Source of the DNA: Trichinella spiralis
Lineage: Eukaryota
DNA length: 64,000 nt
Direction: 5' to 3'
Assembly: GCF_000181795.1 (NCBI RefSeq)
Contig: NW_003526941.1
Location: forward strand, 10,532,851-10,596,850
Shown here: piece after piece, positions 1-13,338 of the stretch
Layout of the letters: each line of letters begins with the position of its first letter
Numbering within the stretch: position 1 is the first letter of the stretch
Position numbers and translations under genes: made by a program
The notes under the pieces: model-generated
Databases searched by the model: none
Told to the model about the DNA's origin: nothing
What the model saw: only the letters and a program-made list of their open reading frames with translations

Positions 1-3000
1 CTATCACTGCGTATCAAAATTATATGGATAATAAAAAATAGTTTCCACTGAAAATAGTTACGAAAATAGAATACTTTTCCAGATTTATGGAAAATTGAAC
101 AGTTGTCATGAAATTTTATGATGATAACTGCGACAGAAATTTTATAATATACAATTTATCTCAGCACAGAATTTAACAAGTGCGCAGCGTAGACATCATG
201 ATGGTAAGCGGCTGCACCAGTGGGTATGCTACTTGAAAGCTTATTTACTATTAAAATTTTGTTTAAACTAAACTTTTGCTTACACCTTATGATGATTTAT
301 AGTAAACCCGCAAACATGGTTGAGCTCTGCATCAGCGCGCCACATACAATGTGAGAAAAACCCTAATCGCAGAAATTAAGTAACTCAACGATTTGCAATA
401 AATTCAAGAAACTTATGCGGGTGATAATTCTGTATTGGATTTTATGAAAAGAATAAAACAAAAGAATCACGAGTAGCCTGGATTTGGTTATATTGCTAGT
501 CGATAACAATTATGAGAAATTAGATTTATATGAGATGAAAACAGCTAAGTGCTGTTCATTCAACTCGAAACAGGGGGTGGGCAGCATTTTCAGTTTAATG
601 CGATCTCTGTTCAGCTTAGTATTATTACGAGCTCAATGATGGGGATCATTAGAAAGGAAAGGAGGGCGGGACAGCATAGCAGGAAGGAATGAGGGAGAAG
701 TTGAAGGATGGAGGAGGTGGAAGTTGTCATATGCGTTCTTCCACTCAATCTTTGCGTATAATATTCAGGCGTTCCTTCATTTATCAATACTGGCAACATT
801 TATGGGCATTGAGTTATTTTCTCAATGACATTAAAATAGGTGCATCTGTATAAGTCAGTGCTATTGGCGGTACAATGACATAATAGAAACTTTAAGGGGT
901 CATTTCAAAAATGAAGGGAACGTTACTGCCATTCTAAAAGAATCCAAGGTGATAGTATAAAAGTGTGTTCTCTAGCTAACAGCAGCTTTCTTATGTCATG
1001 CTAAAACAATCCTGTGCACGATTTGAGTAGTGACAAGCATTTAGGGGCGCGATTGTGCGACTGAAGTATCCTGGTGACAGACATTTCCTTTAAACAACTG
1101 GGCAAGTACGTTACCTTAGCAATAAACATTACACTGGGCAGTAAAGATAATGTGGGAGGGGTTCAACTGCTATGTCAGAGTACTACTTTACAAATGGATT
1201 TGTAAGGACTATTGAAAATTCCAGCAAAATATACCATAATTACTATTATATAATGGCTTGGCAGTAATAAAGTCTCGAATATTAATTGAACATCATTACT
1301 AAAGAACAACGCGCTAGTTTCCATTCAAAAAGACTAAAATCAAACAACTACGAAAAGTTTAAAAAGCGCGCATGTTTAGTGCAGTGTACCAAGAGAAAGA
1401 AAGAAAACATTGAAACAAGAAACAAGATATGAAAAATAGCAAATATATGAAAATTCATACCTGTCAGCAGACCTGTCAGGGATGACGTATGAAGCAAACG
1501 TAGAGTCATACACGTAACTGATGTTCCTGGTTTCTTCATATTTTTAGTCTAATAATCACAACGTATTTGTTGAACTGAACCAGGAAAATGACCAAATAAC
1601 GCAATGCAGTAAGTAATTAGACCGCCCTTCAGCAGCGAACATTTGTACTATAGTGCAGTTCTCTCAATAAACAGAAATTTATATAAGGAACATTGCTACC
1701 GCATTTGAATAGCGCAAAGTGCACGTAGCAGAATGCCAACGGCAGTGCTTACCATCATATTTGCATAAAGTTACTCTTTTGACCTAGAAATGCATGTATG
1801 CCTTGAAAACGTATAATAATGTAATGAGCCAACACCAAAGATTATAATAATTGCTGAACAACAACAAAATCCTGAATACGTTACAGATCAAAGCCACTAT
1901 CTATCACAAATAATAATGTGGCGTAAATTAAAGAAGTATAAAATAGTGTCTTACTTAATGGGGCTGCACTGGCACGATAATAATATGTCGCAATATTCAG
2001 CAAAATTCATTCATTAATTTAAAGGAACTGATTGTTTAGTGAACATTTCAATCAGACTTTGATCAACCACTTTGAAAAGAGGAAAAATGTATGCCTAAAA
2101 CAGAGGAATGGCAAAACATAACATTTACTTGAAAAACAGGCATAACGAATTGCTTACACTACTTTCAATTACAATTTGCATTCCTATTATTTTTTTACAA
2201 TATACTTTCACTTTAATTAAAAAATTAATATTAAAACTGAAAAGTAAATTAAATTTATTTTCTAGCAACACTTTCAACCATTTTTTAATAATAATAGCAA
2301 AAGAATTAAAAATATAACAAGATGAGTAGTAATGTGAAATATCAGAACATTTTACATACATATATATGTGTATATATAAATATATCATTTATCATAGACA
2401 GCTACATGTATAGAACATTTTAAAGTTGTTATTTGCAAACTGTATGTTATGCTTGTCATGAAATTGCTCGATTTTATAAGATTTTATGACTTCCTTCTGA
2501 TAGAAATTAGAAATGTAATATATTTATTTTGAGCTATTCTTGTAATCAGTTACAAAATATGCAAAAAAAAGCAACAAACTGATTATGCCTTTTCATTCTT
2601 CCTGTTTATGTTTTGTTTACGTTTTTGCCAAATATATATATATAAATTAATTAAATAAAATAAAACAATAAAGAAAACCCAAAACTGTTTTTAATGTTAT
2701 TCTACGATCTTGAATGCAAAAAAATTGGTACTGTATCGGCACCGTTACCTGTAGAAACAACCACAGTGATATATGAGATGCAATGTTATCGCATTAATGA
2801 TTATTTAATTTCCGACTATGAGATGAAATTGAGATGATTAATTAAACTAAATGAAATGAAGATTTATATATTTGTGTATATTAAAAGTGAAGGTCAAGTA
2901 AAATTATTTTATCAACTTCGTCTCATTAACATGCAAATTTTTATGCGTGACCTAACCGTTTGTTTGCTTTGCATCTTTAGCTCACCACAAGCCATAATAT

Positions 3001-3639
3001 TTCAATATAAACGTATACATAAGAAATATATATATATATATATATATAATATGTAATTTTTTGCAAAGTGTTTGCTAATTTAGTCGTGAAATTTGATATA
3101 ATATAGGCACAATACTATTTGATTATGTTAGAAAATTTTCCAACTCAATATCTATTCACAATCACACTTTTAATCTATACAAATGTAGAAAACACAGAAT
3201 GCAAATACTAATATAGTTGTCATCGAAGAGAAATTCATTTGCATAATTAAAATACAACCCTCACGCAGCGTTATTCATCCCAGAAAACTAACTGCATAAT
3301 AACCTGTTCCTTTATTACAGTTTTCGATTATCTGAAATTGCATCTAAATGTATATAATACAAAAAGTAAGCAAGCCGTAAACAGCAGTGCCGTTATTTTA
3401 CTATTTAATTATCGCAAAACTGACATTTATGGTCGTGCAAATCAGATAATTCAAATCTGAAAATTTTATTCTAACCGCATTGTACAACATGTATCGAAAA
3501 CGTAATAACTGATTTCCAAAATGTGTGTTCAACAACTATAAATATGTCAACATATGTATATATTTATGCTGGCGGCGTTACAGTATACAAATGTATAATC
3601 TATCAACATTGATGCAAATAACAGTGTTGAAACAACAAT

Positions 3640-5011
3640 TTAAAAGACCCGATCTTGATATGATTCCATACGCATGTGACTAGTGGGCTGGACTGGCGCA
3701 TTGTTTTGAACTCCGCCTCTACGCCTCACAGGTGCCAAATACTCGAACATTGATGTAGTGTGTTGGCTGAGCATCCGATGCAATGGAACCGGCATTGGGT
3801 CTTGCCAAAAAAACTGGTGATTCAACGCTCTGTCAGCATCAATACGTTTTGTTGGGTCTAATGTTAGAAGAGCGTCGATCAAATCCAATGCTTGAGCATC
3901 TCGAATGTAGGGCTTCAAACGTTCTTTCACTCGGCGTTTTTGGTCCACGGGTAACTTGAGCATGTGAAATAATGGTAAATGCTCTACCCCTGGCCATACT
4001 GTCGGAGTTATACTACCGCACAGTTGAGAAATGAGCATTATTTGATGCTGTTCCGTGTTACCCTGTATATTAAATGAAAAATAATCAGATATTTTCGTTC
4101 ATTCTCAAAATTACATAGAAATGATTAAAATGCAAAAACAAACACTTGCCTGCATAATCGGACTGCGTGTCCACATCTCAGCCATAATACAACCGGCTCC
4201 CCAGATATCAATTGCTGTGGTGTATTTGCGATCACCGAGCAATAATTCTGGTGGTCGATACCACAATGTGACCACGCGATTCGTGTAACGAGGATTCTGT
4301 TTGTTTAAAGGACGAGCAAGTCCAAAATCAGCAAGTTTCAATACTCCTGATTTCGTTATCAAAACGTTTGCCGCCTTCATATCACGATGAAGAATTTTTT
4401 GCATGTGAATAAAAAATAATCCATCCAAGAGTTGTTTCATTACTTCTTTTATTTCACCTAATGAAAATTTCACATGCACGTTGCTCAACAATCCGGCTAA
4501 GTCATGTTCGCAGAACGCGAACACCAAGTAAAATGTAGATCTGCCTCTATTATAAGAACTAGCTGAAAGCCAAATCAAAAGTTAAATTGAGCAATTAATA
4601 AATCAGAAAAATCACCTCTAGAACGGCAAACTTCCAAAAGTTCAGTCACATTCTGATGTCGAACTTTCTGCAGTATTCGAATTTCTCGTATTGCAGTTAT
4701 TGGAAACTAAAAATATCTAGCAAGCAACTTAAAACAGAAAAAGCTATTTCAGTTAATTACTTACCCCTTCTTTTTCGTTTTCCATAAGTATTTTTTTTAA
4801 TGCCACAATTTTACCTGTTTTCCGATCTCGTGCTTTGAAGACTTCCCTGTAATAAGTGTATTATTGTAAAATGCAAAAAGATATTTATCGTCAAGCAAAC
4901 TTACCCAAATGTTCCTTGACCAATTTTTATAATTTTTTCGTATTTGTTAACATCTGCAATGTATGGGAAAGTACAGTCTTCTAGGTATTTTACCAAACTT
5001 TGTGATGCCAT
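3640..5011 (-). CDS. cdk9: Cyclin-dependent kinase 9 (P-TEFb kinase), 5 exons
   Basis: Spliced translation gives KIGQGTFG|EVFKARDRKTGKIVALKKILMENEKEG|FPITAIREIRIL..., FCEHDLAGLLSNVHVKFSLGEIK, HRDMKAANVLIT, DFGLAR, RYTNRVVTLWYRPPELLLG, AEMWTRSPIMQ and QKRRVKERLKPY...SMFEYLAP. These are CDK9-type segments. Introns are GT-AG and phase-consistent. ATG at 5011. Confidence 0.95.
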
Positions 5012-5291
5012 TGTACTCTTGACCACCAATCTGCGATAATAATAACAATAACACCAGTGGAACTGTATCATATAATGCAGAATGTGAAACAACAGCATTA
5101 ACTAATTGCGTAACTTGCGAGTTACAATTCATTAATAAAAATGACATTTATTTAATTGCATCATTGTTTCAACACATGCATTAGTAAAATAACTTTAAAG
5201 TTACCTAATAGTTTGTATTATTACATAAAATAATAATTACAGCAACGGGGTATTCCACTGTTTCTAATTCTTCTTTAACAATTGCAAAGCA

Positions 5292-5646
5292 ATGACCGAC
5301 AGTAATCTTGCCAATATATTTGATGTACAAGTACACATAGTGCTGTAATTAATTCTATCGATTATTTTGATAAGACGAAGAAAAATATTATTCTCTCCTA
5401 TGTATACATAATGTTTTCCAATTTAGTTGAATATTTAAATCTTTATTTCAATAGTCAGATAATATGGTTCCACGTTGGTGTAAGTGAAGTATGTTGTTGC
5501 AGTTTTTTCTATCGGTCACCGTCAATCTCGAATGGCATTCATAGCTGAAAACATTGAGATCTATCAAAAATTGCTAAACTGGATTTCGTGAGTAAATCTA
5601 TCAAAAATTGTCCGAATATATTTACGTTTCTAGAGAACATGGTTAA
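5292..5646 (+). CDS. Candidate 5-exon micro-protein (~48 aa), unknown function
   Basis: Four short GT-AG introns (44-64 nt; two have gtaagt/gtgagt donors) splice in phase to MTDSNLANIFDVQ-TKKNIILSY-SDNMVPRW-SENIEIYQKLLNWISEHG*. No homology recognised. Confidence 0.4.
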
Positions 5647-7015
5647 TGCATTTGCAACTTTGTTTTGGGTACTCATTCTGTATTGTTATTATTTTATAAT
5701 ATTAAATTATAAATTTTCGATAGCGGATTTTATTCCACATAATTAATGTTTGCTGTAAATGTTAGTGATAATTTAATGTAATATTAATTGTGCTATAATA
5801 TACTTGCTGATCAAAACTGAGATACTGTATATTTTAGGCAGAACAGGAGAATTTTTCGTGTAATTTAAGTAGCCTGTTATAGTATTGTTTGTGTTTACCT
5901 TCTGTTGAGCTGCGAGCGTTGGTTGTATTTTCGTTCGTTTCTTGATTGAATGTCGGTTAGTTATTTACATTAACAACAATTCTCTGTTGCACCAACAAGA
6001 ACGTATCACGTACCAGTACAACTTTGAAAAGCTCATTTGATTTTGCCGCTTCGATTTGAGAAATTTTTAATTCCCGCAATTAATTTGTACAGTCTACTCC
6101 ATTTAACCGGCATGTATTGTGCGCAACAATCTAGTACTATATAATCTAATAAAGCTACTGCATAATTAATGTAAATCGCTTCAGTTTATTACAAAAAGAT
6201 TTTAAAGATATTTCAAATAATCACTATTAAAATATTATGCAGATATTATTTTCGCGTGAAATAAAATGCGATGCATTCGTCAATATCAACTGTCAGCATA
6301 TAGTAAAATTTGCAAATAATTTTCTATTCGAACAGAAATTCGAACTTATCGTTTAATAAAAGTACTATAAATCTTACCGAATCATGTACTTGTATTATCA
6401 TTATTATTATACTTTCCAATTTGTAGAATGAAACAAACCTGAAAGTTGAATATTTTATAATTAAAAAATAATTATTATAATTTCTTAAAAGATGACATAA
6501 ATTGTCCATTTTAATAATAAAAATGAACACATATAAATGAATTAGCAGTTTGAAATTTGTTTCAGAAATCATTCTTCCTTGAAATGCATTTTACTGTTAA
6601 CTACTGTATTTCACTCTTGCTTGTTATTTTTTAATCACCTAAGATTTGTCCATTTGAGATTAATATTGATATTCGCTCATAACTATTCCAGTTTAGAAGA
6701 CGCTGAAGTAATTATTTATTTATTTACCAATGACAAGGTCACGTGGGCATGTGTTGCGCGGCTTACTTCCGCGTGGTTTAAAATTGTGTTATTGGTTCAT
6801 TTGTATAAAACTTCCTAGTTAATTTTCTTGTAGAAATGTTCGCAACAGATGCCTCACCTACCAATACAACGCTGAAATTTATCTATTCTAATAATTAAAG
6901 CAACAGAGATTACTTTCATTTAACATTTTCAAGTGAAAAACAAAAAGCGACAAAATGTGAAAAAAATAACTTTTAGGTCTAGCAGTTTGGTTCCGACGGA
7001 TGTTTAAATCTGAGA

Positions 7016-8173
7016 ATGAATAGGCTGAAGAACGCACAAAAAGAAAAAGTGAGAAACTTCATGCAGTGGACTAGAGCCAGCGAGAAGGTTCACATTTCAG
7101 AAAAATAAAAGTCTTTTTTTCCTTTTCAAGATTACATCCCTTTTTTTGCAGGTTGCTATCAACTGTCTGTCTCAGAGTGACTGGCGTCTAGATTTAGCTT
7201 GTGACATGTACTTCAATAATCCCGGAAGTTATAGTCGCGTCGAAAAGTCACCATATGATCGAAAAAAAATTGAACTACTATACAACAAATACAGAGGTAA
7301 TAGATATATTTATTATTTATTCGACTTTGTAATTTCATCGTATTCCTCATTTAGACCCACACGATCCCGATAAAATTTCTCCTTCCGGTGTTGAACAATT
7401 TCTGGCAGACTTAAGAATTTCAGCCGAAGATCGGTTAGTTCTAGTGTTCGCATGGAAGGTGAATGCTCAAACGCAATGCGAATTTACAAAAGATGAATTT
7501 ATTAACGGGTTAATCAGTCTCAGGTAAAGATCTTTTAATTTCTGTATATTTGACATCACTTTTGTTATGCCCTGCATTTTCCAGGTGTGATACGGTGGAA
7601 AAAATTAGGCAAAGGTTACATTTGCTTGAAGATGAGCTCAATCAACCGTCGGCATTCCGCAACTTTTATCAATTTACTTTCGGTTATGCGAAAAACCCGG
7701 AGAAAAAATGTCTTGGTAATACAAAACATTTACTCTTGTACATCAACTTTGTATTCCGTTACAATTAATGAATAGATCAAGAAATGGCAATTGCATATTG
7801 GAAGCTGCTTTTAACTGGTAAATTTAATCATCTAGACAGCTGGTGCAGTTTTCTAGAGGTATGCTTACTATATACTAACCAACTTGCTGATAAATTATCT
7901 AAATTTTACATAATTTATTTATTTATTCATACTGTATTTTAAATTAAGGAACATCATAATAAACCAATTACGAGAGATACGTGGAACCTGCTTTTAGAAT
8001 TCAGTCAAGTTATAAACGATGATTTTTCGAATTATGACGTCGACGGTAGTGATTGATCATTTTATCCTTATAATAAATTTACAACGTTTCTTTTGCATTT
8101 AGGTGCTTGGCCCGTGCTTTTAGATAATTTTGTGGAGACTATGCGGAAAAAAGAAACAACCGAAAGACAATGA
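7016..8173 (+). CDS. dcn-1: DCN1-like protein (cullin neddylation co-E3; UBA + PONY domains), 7 exons
   Basis: MNRLKNAQKEKVRNFMQWTRASEK|VAINCLSQSDWRLDLACD, VLVFAWKVNAQTQCEFTKDEF, FRNFYQFTFGYAKNP, AIAYWKLLL, RDTWNLLLEF, NYDVDGAWPVLLDNFVE. These match DCUN1D1/2 motifs. Confidence 0.95.
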
Positions 8174-8348
8174 AATAGTCCTATCAACGTTTTTTGGACG
8201 TTTCTTTAGTTTTATATGCACAGACTTTATATGTATATCTATACATATATATATACTTTGCATTAGTTTTTGCTTGTTTGTTTTCTTCTAGTTGCCGACT
8301 GCATTACAATAAAAATAATATGAAGATAAATGGATTGCTGTTATTCAA

Positions 8349-10031
8349 TTACAAATACAAAAACTGAAAGTTCAGATTCAGAGAAACCAAGGATTCTTCC
8401 GGCATGCATAAAACAGCATTAACTGGCTTTAAAGATTCTTCTCGTAATAAAGATAAACCAGCCAAACCGAATAGGGTATGAAATGGATCGGGCTTAAATA
8501 AAAACCTTGCCTATCTATATACATCTCACTGTGATTGACCACTTACTTCATCCCCGGGACGGTCAGAAAAGCCACCATTTTCTTCCTCTTGACAAGCCAG
8601 AATAAATTCCCGCAGACATTTCTATTGGATGAAAAAATTATATAAATATTAACATATGGAGCTATGTACGTGAGTGTGTGTGTGTGTGTGTAAATAGATT
8701 GATGATGAAATTAAGGAACTGTTGTCAACAACTGTGTAATCTGCATTCAGTTATTGAAAAGCGACGACTTACTTTGTCAATCCATTCATGACGGCCGAGT
8801 ATTTTCAGCGAAGCAAGTACCCACCAAGAATAGCAAACGTCGGGCAATTTCTCCGGGCGACCTGAAATACGTGCAGAGTATGCAAATTTTGAAAAAATCT
8901 CCACCCATTTGCGTACCATTCAAGCCTCCAGATTTGCATTGTCTTTCTGCAAGCCACCAAGCGAGTTGGTCGACGTCGATTGTGTTCAAATGCTTTGTCA
9001 TAGCTAACACGCCAACGCAACAATAAACTTGGCCAGCGTGCGATTCAGAACCTGGACGAGTGCCGAAACCTCCATCAAAATTTCTGCATTTCAAAACAAA
9101 ACCGACCGCTTTACGCACATCAATATCATTCAATCTATTCTGAAGAAATACATATTTATATGTATAATAAATGTGCATTGGCATTGAACTTTGAATTTAC
9201 CAACAAGCTCAACGTTGCAACAGCACAAAATGAAAATCTAGAATCAATTTCTCCTGAAATAAATATAAATTAGTTTAATGACTGACTGTTCATCTGTTCA
9301 AAATACCCCATTCATCTCCGGCAAAGCTACCATCTTCTTGTTGAAGTTTTTTAACATATTCAACAACTCCATCAATATTCATTAAATTTGTACAATTATA
9401 CAAAGTGAGAATCTAAAATATATCCAATGCAGATTTTGTTGCATATATGATGATTATTATTAACCTGTACGGCGCTCAGTGTATGCAGCAAGTGAGGATC
9501 ATTGTCTACACTGCTCGAAAAGCCGCCATTCGAATGCTGACAAGACAGTACAAATTCTATCACATCTTGAGCATTCACTTTGTCAAGACTGTTTGCAATG
9601 TCAAGTGCTGCCAAGCACCAGAAAACTCCGCTCATTCGGAAAGGTTCTGAAAAAATATATTCCTAAAAGAAAAACAACTTTAATCTGAAATATCGTTCAA
9701 TTTTGATCGATACATCACATAAAAATATGTTAATAATAAAATGATAACATAACAAATAGAATGAGATAACAGTAAAATAACAACAACCTGATCAACAAAT
9801 AAAAATTGCTTAAAAATACTTGATATATGGTGTACATTGATAATTTTGAAAAGCAAATGTATTTCAAAATATTGAATGCAAAAAAAAGAAATGTCGCCAC
9901 TTTTGAATTAAAAAAAATCTTACAAATTCATTTTTCTTTTGCTGAAATTGTTGCAAAAAGTCGCAATGCTTTTCCAATAGTAATTCTTTTGGGGCGGATT
10001 CTTTAATTATAACGTCTTTCAGTGCGAACAT
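8349..10031 (-). CDS. RABGGTB: Geranylgeranyltransferase type II (Rab GGTase) beta subunit, multi-exon
   Basis: [127 protein letters not shown]. Confidence 0.96.
8672..8691. repeat. (TG)n microsatellite in a RABGGTB intron
   Basis: Visible gtgtgtgtgtgtgtgtgt run. Confidence 0.85.
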
Positions 10032-13000
10032 TAAATTTAATGACTAAAAATGAAAAAATTTTCTACAATTCTATACATCAAGAAAGAAACAAAATTGTAC
10101 AATCATCTTACAATTCATAAACAGAATAAAATACAAATGTAAGGGTTCTATTGTTGAGGATCAATAAAATCTTTTCCATTTATCTGCTAACCACACATTT
10201 TGCATTACAAATAGCAATCATCATTATTATGTAAAATTGGAATTAATGTATGCATGTTATTTAAAATAAAAACATGAACTTTGCGCAACATGCACGCATA
10301 ATTCATGATTTTAAATACAATACTGAGAAATATAGAATACAGCACACACAATACGCTTTTAAAAATAATACAAATGTTAAACTAAAAGCGAAATGAACAG
10401 TATATATAAAACAAGCGAAACACACGAACACTCAAAATTGCATATACTCACCATTAAAAGGTATTTCTATATTTATTTTTTCAAATAATCACTTTTACAG
10501 AAAATAATGCAACTGTCTCTACAGGTTACAATACTTGACTAGTACAAAAAAATTTTTGACTACTTGAAGATGATACTGTAATAATATTCATGTATAATTA
10601 ATTTCATGCACCAATATTTCAGCCATTTCTGAAAGTATAATCATTGTATACTTTATACAGATTAAAATTACCAATGTCAAAATTGTTTATTCATTTATTA
10701 CTACTTCAAATTACACTTTTTAAGTATTGTATTTTTCTGATATGCAGATGTCATTGCAAAATGAGAAAATAAAACATTGACAAATAAGTGCCACCATTGA
10801 TAATGATTTATAACACACAGTGAATTTGCTTTAATTTCTGATCAAAACATTGGATGCATACACGAATGTACCAATCAAAAAATAAATAAATAAAACTGTG
10901 CTTCATTAAAAAAATCTGTAGATGAAAAATAAAACAAGCATGCATTTGCATCCGTATTCATAGTATTTTTTACAATAGAATGCTACACTGATACAATTGT
11001 ACAATATGCACACGTACAGAAAACTGCATAATATATCAGAACTTCATGAATATAAGTTATATTTAGCAAAGAAATGGAAAAATTATTGGCTACTGGTTGA
11101 TTTTGAAATTCTTTTACATAATAAAAGCGATGCAGTTCAGAATACCATCATGAAATTTTAATATTGAGTAATCATGGTTAATGCTTGCTTATCACTATTA
11201 CTGTGCTGAATGTCAGAAATCTCGGTAGATTATATATGCAAGAAAATGATCATTATAATTATTTTATTGTACTCATTAATTGGAAATTAGCTTTAAATAT
11301 TAAATATTATAATTGAACGCTCAGATTCATATACTGTATATTACATCAGACGGCCAAAAATGACTGTGATTGTTATTTGTCCTGATATACAGTACAATAG
11401 AATGCAATAATACTTGAAAATTTCTCCGGACGGAAAAGCTGTGTAGCTGAATAGCTTATAAGGCTTATTTTTTGTATGTGAACTTTTTGCATTTTAAGTT
11501 TTCCGCGGTTTACTGTAAAATTTCCCTCATGCACAAGCAGGATGAATTTCACATTAGAATTATTTGTACAACACTTTGGTTGCAAGTGATGCGGAGTGCA
11601 TGCAATATGCATAATCATGATGAAATGAATATTGTTTCCGCTGCGGTATAGTAGAGCTTTTAAAATACTGACTGATAATTCATTATATGTTTGACTCCAA
11701 CAACGTTATCTGATCTCAGTATGAAGCAGTTGGATTCATCTTATTCATGATGAATAAAATTCTGCGCTGTCAATTTATGTTTTGAATTAATTCGTTTTAA
11801 TGAAAAGAAAGTGTGAAAGCAGCGAATTTAATTCATTGAAAAATACAGCCACACTTAGAGAAAAGCTGACCAATAGTTCCGTCGTAAATGAGAAAAGGTA
11901 GTGAAAATACGATTAAAAAAATACAATTAAATGTGCAATCAGTATATGATAACTGTGAAAAACGCAAGGAAATATTTAAGTAAACAAAAAAAAAGCAAAC
12001 CAATTACCTCTTGCAGACAACTTAACATAGATAATTGTTTTCATTTAAAAATAAATTACAATGTATATTGGTATTTTGAAAAACATTTTTATTCGCGAAA
12101 AATCCAATTTTCACAGAGTGATTATTCAATACTGATAATGCATTATTTCGTCCATGCTGATACTATTATTTCTACTTTCATATTTTATGTCTACATATAT
12201 GCGCAAATAATATTCCACTAATTGCTGACACTGTGAAATTGTTCGTTGCATAAATAATCACCATCTGTTGTGAATGATATTATGGAAAATGTAATAGAAC
12301 ATTTAATAGCTTTAATTGACCAAATTAAGAAGTATACATTACAAAATGCTAAGGAATTGTGATGTTGTTTTTATAATAAATTACTGAAAAATGAAAAACT
12401 TGAAAATTTAAGTAATTCTGCTCAACTGAATTATTGAATATACATGTAGAATGCAAAAGACCACAGTTTAGAAAAAGCGTAATACTGTCATTATAAACTA
12501 TACAGTTTTTATTGTACGCTAATTTGTATTTTGTCGCTGTTGTATAATCTTGCTATTATGCATTAATTTTTTTCAAATTACTAAAAATAATGAAATCAAA
12601 TAGTCTGTAAAACTAAATTGCAAAGAAAAAGTTTTTTTTTTAATTTAAATTGAATCAAGTTAGAAAATTGTGCAATGAGGTTTTCCTGTTTTAAAATATT
12701 GGATGCACAAGCTACAATGCCCTGACCGAGAAATATCACTGGCACGGTTATTGAAAAACAATACTAATAATAACTGGTAAAATATTAGCTGATAAAAAGA
12801 AAAATTATTTCAACAATAATTATTTATTTTTATTTTACAATTTCTTGAACGTGAATTTTTGCTTTATTAATTAAGAAGAACAACATTAACATGAAAAAAA
12901 TCATATTAGATTTGCAATAATAAAATAAAATAAAATAAAATAGTGCAAACACTCAGTTTTATATTTTTCATTGTAAATAATTATGAAAAAAATAATTAAT

Positions 13001-13338
13001 GACGCGCTTTAAAAAATGTCGATAAAAAATGCAAACAACACAACTTATCAACGTCATTATAATAAATTATTTGAACTTTGATGCGCCATTAAAAAGGGAA
13101 CGAACTTTCATATGAGCAATTTATCTTAAATTACAAAGAAATGATCTCCTTTTTTGGAACAGGTCACGCAAAAATGGCTTATTTCTTGCCTTCTATTTCT
13201 ATTCTTCATTTTGTTTTTTATTTTAGCTTTTTCTGTTATTTCACAGCATTCGCATTTTAACTTAAACCAAAACTGCTTATAATTTTTGATTATAATTATT
13301 ATTTTCATTTCAGCATCACCAAGAAAATAGTGTTCTAT

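Noticed and set aside
1..379. Possible 3' exons of a plus-strand gene entering from the left (…QNLTSAQRRHHD|VNPQTWLSS…RRN*)
   Set aside because: One plausible intron, but upstream phases do not resolve and no homology is recognisable.
9664..9923. Intronic snoRNA in RABGGTB (vertebrate RABGGTB hosts SNORD45)
   Set aside because: No properly spaced C and D boxes or terminal stem in the longest intron.
10100..13300. Long AT-rich spacer with short ORFs
   Set aside because: No coding bias, repeats or transposase signature visible.
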